Assembly (NCBI GenBank): GCA_965235115.1
Contig: OZ249436.1
Coordinates: forward strand, 24,306,001 to 24,370,000
Reading direction: 5' to 3'
DNA: 64,000 nucleotides
From: Laetmonice hystrix
Taxonomy: Eukaryota
This document shows, piece after piece, positions 24,553 through 40,500 of the stretch. Positions within the stretch are counted from its first letter, which is position 1. Each line of letters begins with the position of its first letter. The position numbers and the translations under genes are program-made. The notes beneath the pieces were generated by a model. The model saw only the letters and a program-made list of their open reading frames with translations, did no database searches and was not told where the DNA came from.

Positions 24553-27500
24553 TCCGCCACAAGGCAAATTCAGTCAATGCAAGCTGGAAAATCGAATGTC
24601 AAACCTAATGCTCCCCCCCCAGCACGTTAACTGAAAAAAATCAACTAGCTTGAAAACTAGAATATAGCTTTGTTTAGCTAACAATCTACTCTCCCAGCGC
24701 CATCAACTCGCATACAGGCGTAAAAGCAAACGCACTGCCCCATATAATGCTCCCAGCCTAAGACGATGTTGCAATTAATTTAAGATTAACAAGATGCACT
24801 AGTAATCCGATCCAAGCCTAATTACGTCATTGCTAGTTTCATAACCAAATCTCACAGAAAATACCCCACCCGCGCACATAACCTGAAAATATTCAACTTT
24901 TATCTCCAATGTATCCCTGTGCACCTAGTAGCACCCAAGCGGGCCCAATTTTGACATTCCAACACAAATACCGCAAATACCCGCCTAATGGCACAAAAAA
25001 ACTTTCTACCCCGTTGCAAGTCACATTAGCTTGCTGCTTGTCGTAAAAAATGGTGCAGACCATTTCTAAAGTCACAGTACCCCACTCCCGGCCTAATATT
25101 ACGTTTCAGTATCCATATACGCTGCAAGCGGCAAGAACTCGAATACAGGCCTAAAAGTAACCCCAGTCTAGCAATATCATACTCTCATGCCATATACGAG
25201 CTTGTAATTATCTTTAATTAATGGGCTCCGCAGCACCAACCCACTGCATTAACATTTGTTTAACAGCTTGACGCACCTTGTAAAAAATTTTCAAGTGCGT
25301 AAAAATGCGTGTCCACCTCCACATACTTTAAAAATCACTATACCCACCCAGCGACATTCACTCTAATACACGCCTAAGAGGAACTTCACTGTCCCATTTG
25401 ATTCTCCAGCACGTATAGGATGTTTCAAGTAACATTCATCCACGGTCTGGCCCAATAACGTGCAACAAGGCATAGTAAGTCAATGCGAGCTCGCATGTCA
25501 AACCTAACCCGCCCCCCAGCACATGAGCTGAAAATATTCAAATAGCTTGAAAACTAGAATATAGCTTTGCTTAATACCATTATACCATCAACTCGCATTA
25601 CAGGCCTAATGCGAAGCTCCCAGCCTAAAACGAGTTTCCAATTAATTTAAAGTTAACAAGATGCACTAATAATCGATTCCAAGCCTAATTAGGCCATTGC
25701 TAGTTGGATGACCAAATCTCATACAAAATACACCCTCCCGGCAGATGACCTGAGAATATTCAACTCTTATGTCCGATATATCCCTGTCCGCTTTGTAGCA
25801 CCCAGCCGGGCCCCCATTTTGACATTGCAACACCAATACAGCAAGTGCCCAGCTAACAGCACAAATAACAGGATTCAGGGCTTCCTACCACGTTACAAGT
25901 CACAATAGATTGCTGCCTGTCGTAAAAATATACCAGACCATTTTAAAAAGTCACAGAACCCCAATCCGGCCCTAATATGTCACTCCCAGTACCAATACAC
26001 TCTGGAAGCACCATCAACTGAAATTCAGGCCTAGAACCCACCTCTCTCTACCAATATCATGCACCTAGTCCGTATACGAGGTTGTAATTTACTTTAATCA
26101 ACGGGCTGCGCCGCAGCAACCCACTCTGGTCTTTGCAATCTTTTTCAATATGCGTTAACATTTGTAACCAGCTCAACGCGCCTTGTAAAATTTTTCAAAG
26201 TGCGTAAAAGTGTGTGTCCACCCCGACACGCTTTCCAAACCACTATACCCACCGAGCGACATCCACTCAAATACAGGCTTCGACCGATCCTCACTGTGCC
26301 AATAATCCGCCACAAGGCAAATTCAGTCAATGCAAGCTGGAAAATCGAATGTCAAACCTAATACTCCCCCCCCCCCCAGCACGTTAACTGAAAATAATCA
26401 ACTAGCTTGAAAACTAGAATATAGCTTTGTTTAGCTAACAATCTACTCTCCCAGCGCCATCAACTCGCATACAGGCGTAAAAGCAAACGCACTGCCCCAT
26501 ATAATGCTCCCAGCCTAAAACGATGTTGCAATTAATTTAAAATTAACAAGATGCACTAGTAATCCGATCCAAGCTTAATTACGTCATTGCTAGTTTCATA
26601 ACCAAATCTCACAGAAAATACCCCACCCGCGCACATAACCTGAAAATATTCAACTTTTATCTCCAATGTATCCCTGTGCACCTAGTAGCACCCAAGCGGG
26701 CCCAATTTTGACATCCCAACACAAATACCGCAAATACCCGCCTAATGGCACAAAAAACTTTCTACCCCGTTGCAAGTCACATTAGCGTGCTGCTTGTCGT
26801 AAAAAATGGTGCAGACCATTTCTAAAGTCACAGTACCCCACTCCCGGCCTAATATTACGTTTCAGTATCCATATACGCTGCAAGCGGCAGGAACTCGAAT
26901 ACAGGCCTAAAAGTAACCTCAGTCTAGCAATATCATACTCCCATGCCATATACGAGCTTGTAATTATCTTTAATTAATGGGCTCCGCAGCACCAACCCAC
27001 TGCATTAACATTTGTTTAACAGCTTAACACACCTTGTAAAATTTTTTCAAGTGCGTAAAAATGCGTGTCCACCTCCACATACTTTAAAAATCACTATACC
27101 CACCCAGCGACATCCACTCTAATACACGCCTAAAAGGAACTTCACTGTCCCATTTGATTCTCCAGCACGTATAGGATGTTTCAAGTAACATTCATCCACG
27201 GTCTGGCCCAATAACGTGCAACAAGGCATAGTAAGTCAATGCGAGCTCGCATGTCAAACCTAACCCGCCCCCAAGCACATGAGCTGAAAATATTCAAATA
27301 GCTTGAAAACTAGAATATAGCTTTGCTTAATACCATTATACCATCAACTCGCATTACAGGCCTAATGCGAAGCTCCCAGCCTAAAACGAGTTTCCAATTA
27401 ATTTAAAGTTAACAAGATGCACTAATAATCGATTCCAAGCCTAATTAGGCCATTGCTAGTTGGATAACCAAATCTCATACAAAATACACCCTCCCGGCAG

Positions 27501-30500
27501 ATGACCTGAGAATATTCAACTCTTATGTCCGATATATCCCTGTCCGCTTAGTAGCACCCAGCCGGGCCCCCATTTTGACATTGCAACACCAATACAGCAA
27601 GTGCCCAGCTAACAGCACAAATAACAGGATTCAGGGCTTCCTACCACGTTACAAGTCACAATAGATTGCTGCCTGTCGTAAAAATATACCAGACCATTTT
27701 AAAAAGTCACAGAACCCCAATCCGGCCCTAATATGTCACTCCCAGTACCAATAGACGCTGGAAGCACCATCAACTGAAATTCAGGCCTAGAACCCACCTC
27801 TCTCTACCAATATCATGCACCTAGTCCGTATACGAGGTTGTAATTTACTTTAATCAACGGGCTGCGCCGCAGCAACCCACTCTGGTCTTTGCAATCTTTT
27901 TCAATATGCGTTAACATTTGTGACCAGCTCAACGCGCCTTGTAAAATTTTTCAAAGTGCGTAAAAGTGTGTGTCCACCCCGACACGCTTTCCAAACCACT
28001 ATACCCACCGAGCGACATCCACTCAAATACAGGCTTCGACCGATCCTCACTGTGCCAATAATCCGCCACAAGGCAAATTCAGTCAATGCAAGCTGGAAAA
28101 TCGAATGTCAAACCTAATGCTCCCCCCCCCCAGCACGTTAACTGAAAAAAATCAACTAGCTTGAAAACTAGAATATAGCTTTGTTTAGCTAACAATCTAC
28201 TCTCCCAGCGCCATCAACTCGCATACAGGCGTAAAAGCAAACGCACTGCCCCATATAATGCTCCCAGCATAAAACGATGTTGCAATTAATTTAAAATTAA
28301 CAAGATGCACTAGTAATCCGATCCAAGCTTAATTACGTCATTGCTAGTTTCATAACCAAATCTCACAGAAAATACCCCACCCGGGCACATAACCTGAAAA
28401 TATTCAACTTTTATCTCCAATGTATCCCTGTGCACCTAGTAGCACCCAAGCGGGCCCAATTTTGACATTCCAACACAAATACCGCAAATACCCGCCTAAT
28501 GGCACAAAAAACTTTCTACCCCGTTGCAAGTCACATTAGCTTGCTGCTTGTCGTAAAAAATGGTGCAGACCATTTCTAAAGTCACAGTACCCCACTCCCG
28601 GCCTAATATTACGTTTCAGTATCCATATACGCTGCAAGCGGCAGGAACTCGAATACAGGCCTAAAAGTAACCCCAGTCTAGCAATATCATACTCTCATGC
28701 CATATACGAGCTTGTAATTATCTTTAATTAATGGGCTCCGCAGCACCAACCCACTGCATTAACATTTGTTTAACAGCTTAACGCACCTTGTAAAAAAATT
28801 TTCAAGTGCGTAAAAATGCGTGTCCACCTCCACATACTTTAAAAATCACTATACCCACCCAGCGACATTCACTCTAATACACGCCTAAGAGGAACTTCAC
28901 TGTCCCATTTGATTCTCCAGCACGTATAGGATGTTTCAAGTAACATTTATCCACGGTCTGGCCCAATAACGTGCAACAAGGCATAGTAAGTCAATGCGAG
29001 CTCGCATGTCAAACCTAACCCGCCCCCCAGCACATGAGCTGAAAATATTCAAATAGCTTGAAAACTAGAATATAGCTTTGCTTAATACCATTATACCATC
29101 AACTCGCATTACAGGCCTAATGCGAAGCTCCCAGCCTAAAACGAGTTTCCAATTAATTTAAAGTTAACAAGATGCACTAATAATCGATTCCAAGCCTAAT
29201 TAGGCCATTGCTAGTTGGATAACCAAATCTCATACAAAATACACCCTCCCGGCAGATGACCTGAGAATATTCAACTCTTATGTCCGATATATCCCTGTCC
29301 GCTTAGTAGCACCCAGCCGGGCCCCCATTTTGACATTGCAACACCAATACAGCAAGTGCCCAGCTAACAGCACAAATAACAGGATTCAGGGCTTCCTACC
29401 ACGTTACAAGTCACAATAGATTGCTGCCTGTCGTAAAAATATACCAGACCATTTTAAAAAGTCACAGAACCCCAATCCGGCCCTAATATGTCACTCCCAG
29501 TACCAATACACGCTGGAAGCACCATCAACTGAAATTCAGGCCTAGAACCCACCTCTCTCTACCAATATCATGCACCTAGTCCGTATACGAGGTTGTAATT
29601 TACTTTAATCAACGGGCTGCGCCGCAGCAACCCACTCTGGTCTTTGCAATCTTTTCAATATGCGTTAACATTTGTAACCAGCTCAACGCGCCTTGTAAAA
29701 TTTTTCAAAGTGCGTAAAAGTGTGTGTCCACCCCGACACGCTTTCCAAACCACTATACCCACCGAGCGACATCCACTCAAATACAGGCTTCGACCGATCC
29801 TCACTGTGCCAATAATCCGCCACAAGGCAAATTCAGTCAATGCAAGCTGGAAAATCGAATGTCAAACCTAATGCTCCCCCCCCCCCAGCACGTTAACTGA
29901 AAATAATCAACTAGCTTGAAAACTAGAATATAGCTTTGTTAAGCTAACAATCTACTCTCCCAGCGCCATCAACTCGCATACAGGCGTAAAAGCAAACGCA
30001 CTGCCCCATATAATGCTTCCAGCCTAAAACGATGTTGCAATTAATTTAAAATTAACAAGATGCACTAGTAATCCGATCCAAGCCTAATTACGTCATTGCT
30101 AGTTTCATAACCAAATCTCACAGAAAATACCCCACCCGCGCACATAACCTGAAAATATTCAACTTTTATCTCCAATGTATCCCTGTGCACCTAGTAGCAC
30201 CCAAGCGGGCCCAATTTTGACATTCCAACACAAATACCGCAAATACCCGCCTAATGGCACAAAAAACTTTCTACCCCGTTGCAAGTCACATTAGCTTGCT
30301 GCTTGTCGTAAAAAATGGTGCAGACCATTTCTAAAGTCACAGTACCCCACTCCCGGCCTAATATTACGTTTCAGTATCCATATACGCTGCAAGCGGCAGG
30401 AACTCGAATACAGGCCTAAAAGTAACCCCAGTCTAGCAATATCATACTCTCATGCCATATACGAGCTTGTAATTATCTTTAATTAATGGGCTCCGCAGCA

Positions 30501-31570
30501 CCAACCCACTGCATTAACATTTGTTTAACAGCTTAACGCACCTTGTAAAAAATTTTCAAGTGCGTAAAAATGCGTGTCCACCTCCACATACTTTAAAAAT
30601 CACTATACCCACCCAGCGACATTCACTCTAATACACGCCTAAGAGGAACTTCACTGTCCCATTTGATTCTCCAGCACGTATAGGATGTTTCAAGTAACAT
30701 TTATCCACGGTCTGGCCCAATAACGTGCAACAAGGCATAGTAAGTCAATGCGACCTCGCATGTCAAACCTAACCCGCCCCCCAGCACATGAGCTGGAGAT
30801 ATTCAAATAGCTTGAAAACTAGAATATAGCTTTGCTTAATACCATTATACCATCAACTCGCATTACAGGCCTAATGCGAAGCTCCCAGCCTAAAACGAGT
30901 TTCCAATTAATTTAAAGTTAACAAGATGCACTAATAATCGATTCCAAGCCTAATTAGGCCATTGCTAGTTGGATAACCAAATCTCATACAAAATACACCC
31001 TCCCGGCAGATGACCTGAGAATATTCAACTCTTATGTCCGATATATCCCTGTCCGCTTAGTAGCACCCAGCCGGGCCCCCATTTTGACATTGCAACACCA
31101 ATACAGCAAGTGCCCAGCTAACAGCACAAATAACAGGATTCAGGGCTTCCTACCACGTTACAAGTCACAATAGATTGCTGCCTGTCGTAAAAATATACCA
31201 GACCATTTTAAAAAGTCACAGAACCCCAATCCGGCCCTAATATGTCACTCCCAGTACCAATAGACGCTGGAAGCACCATCAACTGAAATTCAGGCCTAGA
31301 ACCCACCTCTCTCTACCAATATCATGCACCTAGTCCGTATACGAGGTTGTAATTTACTTTAATCAACGGGCTGCGCCGCAGCAACCCACTCTGGTCTTTG
31401 CAATCTTTTTCAATATGCGTTAACATTTGTGACCAGCTCAACGCGCCTTGTAAAATTTTTCAAAGTGCGTAAAAGTGTGTGTCCACCCCGACACGCTTTC
31501 CAAACCACTATACCCACCGAGCGACATCCACTCAAATACAGGCTTCGACCGATCCTCACTGTGCCAATAA
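24553..31570. repeat. Four-monomer higher-order block D-E-F-G, copy 2 (units 15-18)
   Basis: Same ordered variants. The marker ORFs at 24893 (60 aa) and 29644 (75 aa) mirror those at 3849 and 8595. Confidence 0.9.
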
Positions 31571-34500
31571 TCCGCCACAAGGCAAATTCAGTCAATGCAA
31601 GCTGGAAAATCGAATGTCAAACCTAATACTCCCCCCCCCAGCACGTTAACTGAAAATAATCAACTAGCTTGAAAACTAGAATATAGCTTTGTTTAGCTAA
31701 CAATCTACTCTCCCAGCGCCATCAACTCGCATACAGGCGTAAAAGCAAACGCACTGCCCCATATAATGCTCCCAGCCTAAAACGATGTTGCAATTAATTT
31801 AAAATTAACAAGATGCACTAGTAATCCGATCCAAGCTTAATTACGTCATTGCTAGTTTCATAACCAAATCTCACAGAAAATACCCCACCCGGGCACATAA
31901 CCTGAAAATATTCAACTTTTATCTCCAATGTATCCCTGTGCACCTAGTAGCACCCAAGCGGGCCCAATTTTGACATCCCAACACAAATACCGCAAATACC
32001 CGCCTAATGGCACAAAAAACTTTCTACCCCGTTGCAAGTCACATTAGCGTGCTGCTTGTCGTAAAAAATGGTGCAGACCATTTCTAAAGTCACAGTACCC
32101 CACTCCCGGCCTAATATTACGTTTCAGTATCCATATACGCTGCAAGCGGCAGGAACTCGAATACAGGCCTAAAAGTAACCTCAGTCTAGCAATATCATAC
32201 TCCCATGCCATATACGAGCTTGTAATTATCTTTAATTAATGGGCTCCGCAGCACCAACCCACTGCATTAACATTTGTTTAACAGCTTAACACACCTTGTA
32301 AAATTTTTTCAAGTGCGTAAAAATGCGTGTCCACCTCCACATACTTTAAAAATCACTATACCCACCCAGCGACATCCACTCTAATACACGCCTAAAAGGA
32401 ACTTCACTGTCCCATTTGATTCTCCAGCACGTATAGGATGTTTCAAGTAACATTCATCCACGGTCTGGCCCAATAACGTGCAACAAGGCATAGTAAGTCA
32501 ATGCGAGCTCGCATGTCAAACCTAACCCGCCCCCAAGCACATGAGCTGAAAATATTCAAATAGCTTGAAAACTAGAATATAGCTTTGCTTAATACCATTA
32601 TACCATCAACTCGCATTACAGGCCTAATGCGAAGCTCCCAGCCTAAAACGAGTTTCCAATTAATTTAAAGTTAACAAGATGCACTAATAATCGATTCCAA
32701 GCCTAATTAGGCCATTGCTAGTTGGATAACCAAATCTCATACAAAATACACCCTCCCGGCAGATGACCTGAGAATATTCAACTCTTATGTCCGATATATC
32801 CCTGTCCGCTTAGTAGCACCCAGCCGGGCCCCCATTTTGACATTGCAACACCAATACAGCAAGTGCCCAGCTAACAGCACATATAACAGGATTCAGGGCT
32901 TCCTACCACGTTACAAGTCACAATAGATTGCTGCCTGTCGTAAAAATATACCAGACCATTTTAAAAAGTCACAGAACCCCAATCCGGCCCTAATATGTCA
33001 CTCCCAGTACCAATAGACGCTGGAAGCACCATCAACTGAAATTCAGGCCTAGAACCCACCTCTCTCTACCAATATCATGCACCTAGTCCGTATACGAGGT
33101 TGTAATTTCCTTTAATCAACGGGCTGCGCCGCAGCAACCCACTCTGGTCTTTGCAATCTTTTTCAATATGCGTTAACATTTGTGACCAGCTCAACGCGCC
33201 TTGTAAAATTTTTCAAAGTGCGTAAAAGTGTGTGTCCACCCCGACACGCTTTCCAAACCACTATACCCACCGAGCGACATCCACTCAAATACAGGCTTCG
33301 ACCGATCCTCACTGTGCCAATAATCCGCCACAAGGCAAATTCAGTCAATGCAAGCTGGAAAATCGAATGTCAAACCTAATGCTCCCCCCCCAGCACGTTA
33401 ACTGAAAAAAATCAACTAGCTTGAAAACTAGAATATAGCTTTGTTTAGCTAACAATCTACTCTCCCAGCGCCATCAACTCGCATACAGGCGTAAAAGCAA
33501 ACGCACTGCCCCATATAATGCTCCCAGCATAAAACGATGTTGCAATTAATTTAAAATTAACAAGATGCACTAGTAATCCGATCCAAGCTTAATTACGTCA
33601 TTGCTAGTTTCATAACCAAATCTCACAGAAAATACCCCACCCGGGCACATAACCTGAAAATATTCAACTTTTATCTCCAATGTATCCCTGTGCACCTAGT
33701 AGCACCCAAGCGGGCCCAATTTTGACATTCCAACACAAATACCGCAAATACCCGCCTAATGGCACAAAAAACTTTCTACCCCGTTGCAAGTCACATTAGC
33801 TTGCTGCTTGTCGTAAAAAATGGTGCAGACCATTTCTAAAGTCACAGTACCCCACTCCCGGCCTAATATTACGTTTCAGTATCCATATACGCTGCAAGCG
33901 GCAGGAACTCGAATACAGGCCTAAAAGTAACCCCAGTCTAGCAATATCATACTCTCATGCCATATACGAGCTTGTAATTATCTTTAATTAATGGGCTCCG
34001 CAGCACCAACCCACTGCATTAACATTTGTTTAACAGCTTAACGCACCTTGTAAAAAAATTTTCAAGTGCGTAAAAATGCGTGTCCACCTCCACATACTTT
34101 AAAAATCACTATACCCACCCAGCGACATTCACTCTAATACACGCCTAAGAGGAACTTCACTGTCCCATTTGATTCTCCAGCACGTATAGGATGTTTCAAG
34201 TAACATTTATCCACGGTCTGGCCCAATAACGTGCAACAAGGCATAGTAAGTCAATGCGAGCTCGCATGTCAAACCTAACCCGCCCCCCAGCACATGAGCT
34301 GAAAATATTCAAATAGCTTGAAAACTAGAATATAGCTTTGCTTAATACCATTATACCATCAACTCGCATTACAGGCCTAATGCGAAGCTCCCAGCCTAAA
34401 ACGAGTTTCCAATTAATTTAAAGTTAACAAGATGCACTAATAATCGATTCCAAGCCTAATTAGGCCATTGCTAGTTGGATAACCAAATCTCATACAAAAT

Positions 34501-37500
34501 ACACCCTCCCGGCAGATGACCTGAGAATATTCAACTCTTATGTCCGATATATCCCTGTCCGCTTAGTAGCACCCAGCCGGGCCCCCATTTTGACATTGCA
34601 ACACCAATACAGCAAGTGCCCAGCTAACAGCACAAATAACAGGATTCAGGGCTTCCTACCACGTTACAAGTCACAATAGATTGCTGCCTGTCGTAAAAAT
34701 ATACCAGACCATTTTAAAAAGTCACAGAACCCCAATCCGGCCCTAATATGTCACTCCCAGTACCAATACACGCTGGAAGCACCATCAACTGAAATTCAGG
34801 CCTAGAACCCACCTCTCTCTACCAATATCATGCACCTAGTCCGTATACGAGGTTGTAATTTACTTTAATCAACGGGCTGCGCCGCAGCAACCCACTCTGG
34901 TCTTTGCAATCTTTTTCAATATGCGTTAACATTTGTAACCAGCTCAACGCGCCTTGTAAAATTTTTCAAAGTGCGTAAAAGTGTGTGTCCATCCCGACAC
35001 GCTTTCCAAACCACTATACCCACCGAGCGACATCCACTCAAATACAGGCTTCGACCGATCCTCACTGTGCCAATAATCCGCCACAAGGCAAATTCAGTCA
35101 ATGCAAGCTGGAAAATCGAATGTCAAACCTAATGCTCCCCCCCCCAGCACGTTAACTGAAAATAATCAACTAGCTTGAAAACTAGAATATAGCTTTGTTA
35201 AGCTAACAATCTACTCTCCCAGCGCCATCAACTCGCATACAGGCGTAAAAGCAAACGCACTGCCCCATATAATGCTCCCAGCCTAAAACGATGTTGCAAT
35301 TAATTTAAAATTAACAAGATGCACTAGTAATCCGATCCAAGCTTAATTACGTCATTGCTAGTTTCATAACCAAATCTCACAGAAAATACCCCACCCGCGC
35401 ACATAACCTGAAAATATTCAACTTTTATCTCCAATGTATCCCTGTGCACCTAGTAGCACCCAAGCGGGCCCAATTTTGACATCCCAACACAAATACCGCA
35501 AATACCCGCCTAATGGCACAAAAAACTTTCTACCCCGTTGCAAGTCACATTAGCGTGCTGCTTGTCGTAAAAAATGGTGCAGACCATTTCTAAAGTCACA
35601 GTACCCCACTCCCGGCCTAATATTACGTTTCAGTATCCATATACGCTGCAAGCGGCAGGAACTCGAATACAGGCCTAAAAGTAACCTCAGTCTAGCAATA
35701 TCATACTCCCATGCCATATACGAGCTTGTAATTATCTTTAATTAATGGGCTCCGCTGCACCAACCCACTGCATTAACATTTGTTTAACAGCTTAACACAC
35801 TTTGTAAAATTTTTTCAAGTGCGTAAAAATGCGTGTCCACCTCCACATACTTTAAAAATCACTATACCCACCCAGCGACATCCACTCTAATACACGCCTA
35901 AAAGGAACTTCACTGTCCCATTTGATTCTCCAGCACGTATAGGATGTTTCAAGTAACATTCATCCACGGTCTGGCCCAATAACGTGCAACAAGGCATAGT
36001 AAGTCAATGCGAGCTCGCATGTCAAACCTAACCCGCCCCCAAGCACATGAGCTGAAAATATTCAAATAGCTTGAAAACTAGAATATAGCTTTGCTTAATA
36101 CCATTATACCATCAACTCGCATTACAGGCCTAATGCGAAGCTCCCAGCCTAAAACGAGTTTCCAATTAATTTAAAGTTAACAAGATGCACTAATAATCGA
36201 TTCCAAGCCTAATTAGGCCATTGCTAGTTGGATAACCAAATCTCATACAAAATACACCCTCCCGGCAGATGACCTGAGAATATTCAACTCTTATGTCCGA
36301 TATATCCCTGTCCGCTTAGTAGCACCCAGCCGGGCCCCCATTTTGACATTGCAACACCAATACAGCAAGTGCCCAGCTAACAGCACAAATAACAGGATTC
36401 AGGGCTTCCTACCACGTTACAAGTCACAATAGATTGCTGCCTGTCGTAAAAATATACCAGACCATTTTAAAAAGTCACAGAACCCCAATCCGGCCCTAAT
36501 ATGTCACTCCCAGTACCAATAGACGCTGGAAGCACCATCAACTGAAATTCAGGCCTAGAACCCACCTCTCTCTACCAATATCATGCACCTAGTCCGTATA
36601 CGAGGTTGTAATTTACTTTAATCAACGGGCTGCGCCGCAGCAACCCACTCTGGTCTTTGCAATCTTTTTCAATATGCGTTAACATTTGTGACCAGCTCAA
36701 CGCGCCTTGTAAAATTTTTCAAAGTGCGTAAAAGTGTGTGTCCACCCCGACACGCTTTCCAAACCACTATACCCACCGAGCGACATCCACTCAAATACAG
36801 GCTTCGACCGATCCTCACTGTGCCAATAATCCGCCACAAGGCAAATTCAGTCAATGCAAGCTGGAAAATCGAATGTCAAACCTAATGCTCCCCCCCCCAG
36901 CACGTTAACTGAAAAAAATCAACTAGCTTGAAAACTAGAATATAGCTTTGTTTAGCTAACAATCTACTCTCCCAGCGCCATCAACTCGCATACAGGCGTA
37001 AAAGCAAACGCACTGCCCCATATAATGCTCCCAGCATAAAACGATGTTGCAATTAATTTAAAATTAACAAGATGCACTAGTAATCCGATCCAAGCTTAAT
37101 TACATCATTGCTAGTTTCATAACCAAATCTCACAGAAAATACCCCACCCGGGCACATAACCTGAAAATATTCAACTTTTATCTCCAATGTATCCCTGTGC
37201 ACCTAGTAGCACCCAAGCGGGCCCAATTTTGACATTCCAACACAAATACCGCAAATACCCGCCTAATGGCACAAAAAACTTTCTACCCCGTTGCAAGTCA
37301 CATTAGCTTGCTGCTTGTCGTAAAAAATGGTGCAGACCATTTCTAAAGTCACAGTACCCCACTCCCGGCCTAATATTACGTTTCAGTATCCATATACGCT
37401 GCAAGCGGCAGGAACTCGAATACAGGCCTAAAAGTAACCCCAGTCTAGCAATATCATACTCTCATGCCATATACGAGCTTGTAATTATCTTTAATTAATG

Positions 37501-40500
37501 GGCTCCGCAGCACCAACCCACTGCATTAACATTTGTTTAACAGCTTAACGCACCTTGTAAAAAAATTTTCAAGTGCGTAAAAATGCGTGTCCACCTCCAC
37601 ATACTTTAAAAATCACTATACCCACCCAGCGACATTCACTCTAATACACGCCTAAGAGGAACTTCACTGTCCCATTTGATTCTCCAGCACGTATAGGATG
37701 TTTCAAGTAACATTTATCCACGGTCTGGCCCAATAACGTGCAACAAGGCATAGTAAGTCAATGCGAGCTCGCATGTCAAACCTAACCCGCCCCCCAGCAC
37801 ATGAGCTGAAAATATTCAAATAGCTTGAAAACTAGAATATAGCTTTGCTTAATACCATTATACCATCAACTCGCATTACAGGCCTAATGCGAAGCTCCCA
37901 GCCTAAAACGAGTTTCCAATTAATTTAAAGTTAACAAGATGCACTAATAATCGATTCCAAGCCTAATTAGGCCATTGCTAGTTGGATAACCAAATCTCAT
38001 ACAAAATACACCCTCCCGGCAGATGACCTGAGAATATTCAACTCTTATGTCCGATATATCCCTGTCCGCTTAGTAGCACCCAGCCGGGCCCCCATTTTGA
38101 CATTGCAACACCAATACAGCAAGTGCCCAGCTAACAGCACAAATAACAGGATTCAGGGCTTCCTACCACGTTACAAGTCACAATAGATTGCTGCCTGTCG
38201 TAAAAATATACCAGACCATTTTAAAAAGTCACAGAACCCCAATCCGGCCCTAATATGTCACTCCCAGTACCAATACACGCTGGAAGCACCATCAACTGAA
38301 ATTCAGGCCTAGAACCCACCTCTCTCTACCAATATCATGCACCTAGTCCGTATACGAGGTTGTAATTTACTTTAATCAACGGGCTGCGCCGCAGCAACCC
38401 ACTCTGGTCTTTGCAATCTTTTCAATATGCGTTAACATTTGTAACCAGCTCAACGCGCCTTGTAAAATTTTTCAAAGTGCGTAAAAGTGTGTGTCCACCC
38501 CGACACGCTTTCCAAACCACTATACCCACCGAGCGACATCCACTCAAATACAGGCTTCGACCGATCCTCACTGTGCCAATAATCCGCCACAAGGCAAATT
38601 CAGTCAATGCAAGCTGGAAAATCGAATGTCAAACCTAATGCTCCCCCCCCCCCCAGCACGTTAACTGAAAATAATCAACTAGCTTGAAAACTAGAATATA
38701 GCTTTGTTAAGCTAACAATCTACTCTCCCAGCGCCATCAACTCGCATACAGGCGTAAAAGCAAACGCACTGCCCCATATAATGCTTCCAGCCTAAAACGA
38801 TGTTGCAATTAATTTAAAATTAACAAGATGCACTAGTAATCCGATCCAAGCCTAATTACGTCATTGCTAGTTTCATAACCAAATCTCACAGAAAATACCC
38901 CACCCGCGCACATAACCTGAAAATATTCAACTTTTATCTCCAATGTATCCCTGTGCACCTAGTAGCACCCAAGCGGGCCCAATTTTGACATTCCAACACA
39001 AATACCGCAAATACCCGCCTAATGGCACAAAAAACTTTCTACCCCGTTGCAAGTCACATTAGCTTGCTGCTTGTCGTAAAAAATGGTGCAGACCATTTCT
39101 AAAGTCACAGTACCCCACTCCCGGCCTAATATTACGTTTCAGTATCCATATACGCTGCAAGCGGCAGGAACTCGAATACAGGCCTAAAAGTAACCCCAGT
39201 CTAGCAATATCATACTCTCATGCCATATACGAGCTTGTAATTATCTTTAATTAATGGGCTCCGCAGCACCAACCCACTGCATTAACATTTGTTTAACAGC
39301 TTAACGCACCTTGTAAAAAATTTTCAAGTGCGTAAAAATGCGTGTCCACCTCCACATACTTTAAAAATCACTATACCCACCCAGCGACATCCACTCTAAT
39401 ACACGCCTAAAAGGAACTTCACTGTCCCATTTGATTCTCCAGCACGTATAGGATGTTTCAAGTAACATTCATCCACGGTCTGGCCCAATAACGTGCAACA
39501 AGGCATAGTAAGTCAATGCGAGCTCGCATGTCAAACCTAACCCGCCCCCAAGCACATGAGCTGAAAATATTCAAATAGCTTGAAAACTAGAATATAGCTT
39601 TGCTTAATACCATTATACCATCAACTCGCATTACAGGCCTAATGCGAAGCTCCCAGCCTAAAACGAGTTTCCAATTAATTTAAAGTTAACAAGATGCACT
39701 AATAATCGATTCCAAGCCTAATTAGGCCATTGCTAGTTGGATAACCAAATCTCATACAAAATACACCCTCCCGGCAGATGACCTGAGAATATTCAACTCT
39801 TATGTCCGATATATCCCTGTCCGCTTAGTAGCACCCAGCCGGGCCCCCATTTTGACATTGCAACACCAATACAGCAAGTGCCCAGCTAACAGCACATATA
39901 ACAGGATTCAGGGCTTCCTACCACGTTACAAGTCACAATAGATTGCTGCCTGTCGTAAAAATATACCAGACCATTTTAAAAAGTCACAGAACCCCAATCC
40001 GGCCCTAATATGTCACTCCCAGTACCAATAGACGCTGGAAGCACCATCAACTGAAATTCAGGCCTAGAACCCACCTCTCTCTACCAATATCATGCACCTA
40101 GTCCGTATACGAGGTTGTAATTTCCTTTAATCAACGGGCTGCGCCGCAGCAACCCACTCTGGTCTTTGCAATCTTTTTCAATATGCGTTAACATTTGTGA
40201 CCAGCTCAACGCGCCTTGTAAAATTTTTCAAAGTGCGTAAAAGTGTGTGTCCACCCCGACACGCTTTCCAAACCACTATACCCACCGAGCGACATCCACT
40301 CAAATACAGGCTTCGACCGATCCTCACTGTGCCAATAATCCGCCACAAGGCAAATTCAGTCAATGCAAGCTGGAAAATCGAATGTCAAACCTAATGCTCC
40401 CCCCCAGCACGTTAACTGAAAAAAATCAACTAGCTTGAAAACTAGAATATAGCTTTGTTAAGCTAACAATCTACTCTCCCAGCGCCATCAACTCGCATAC

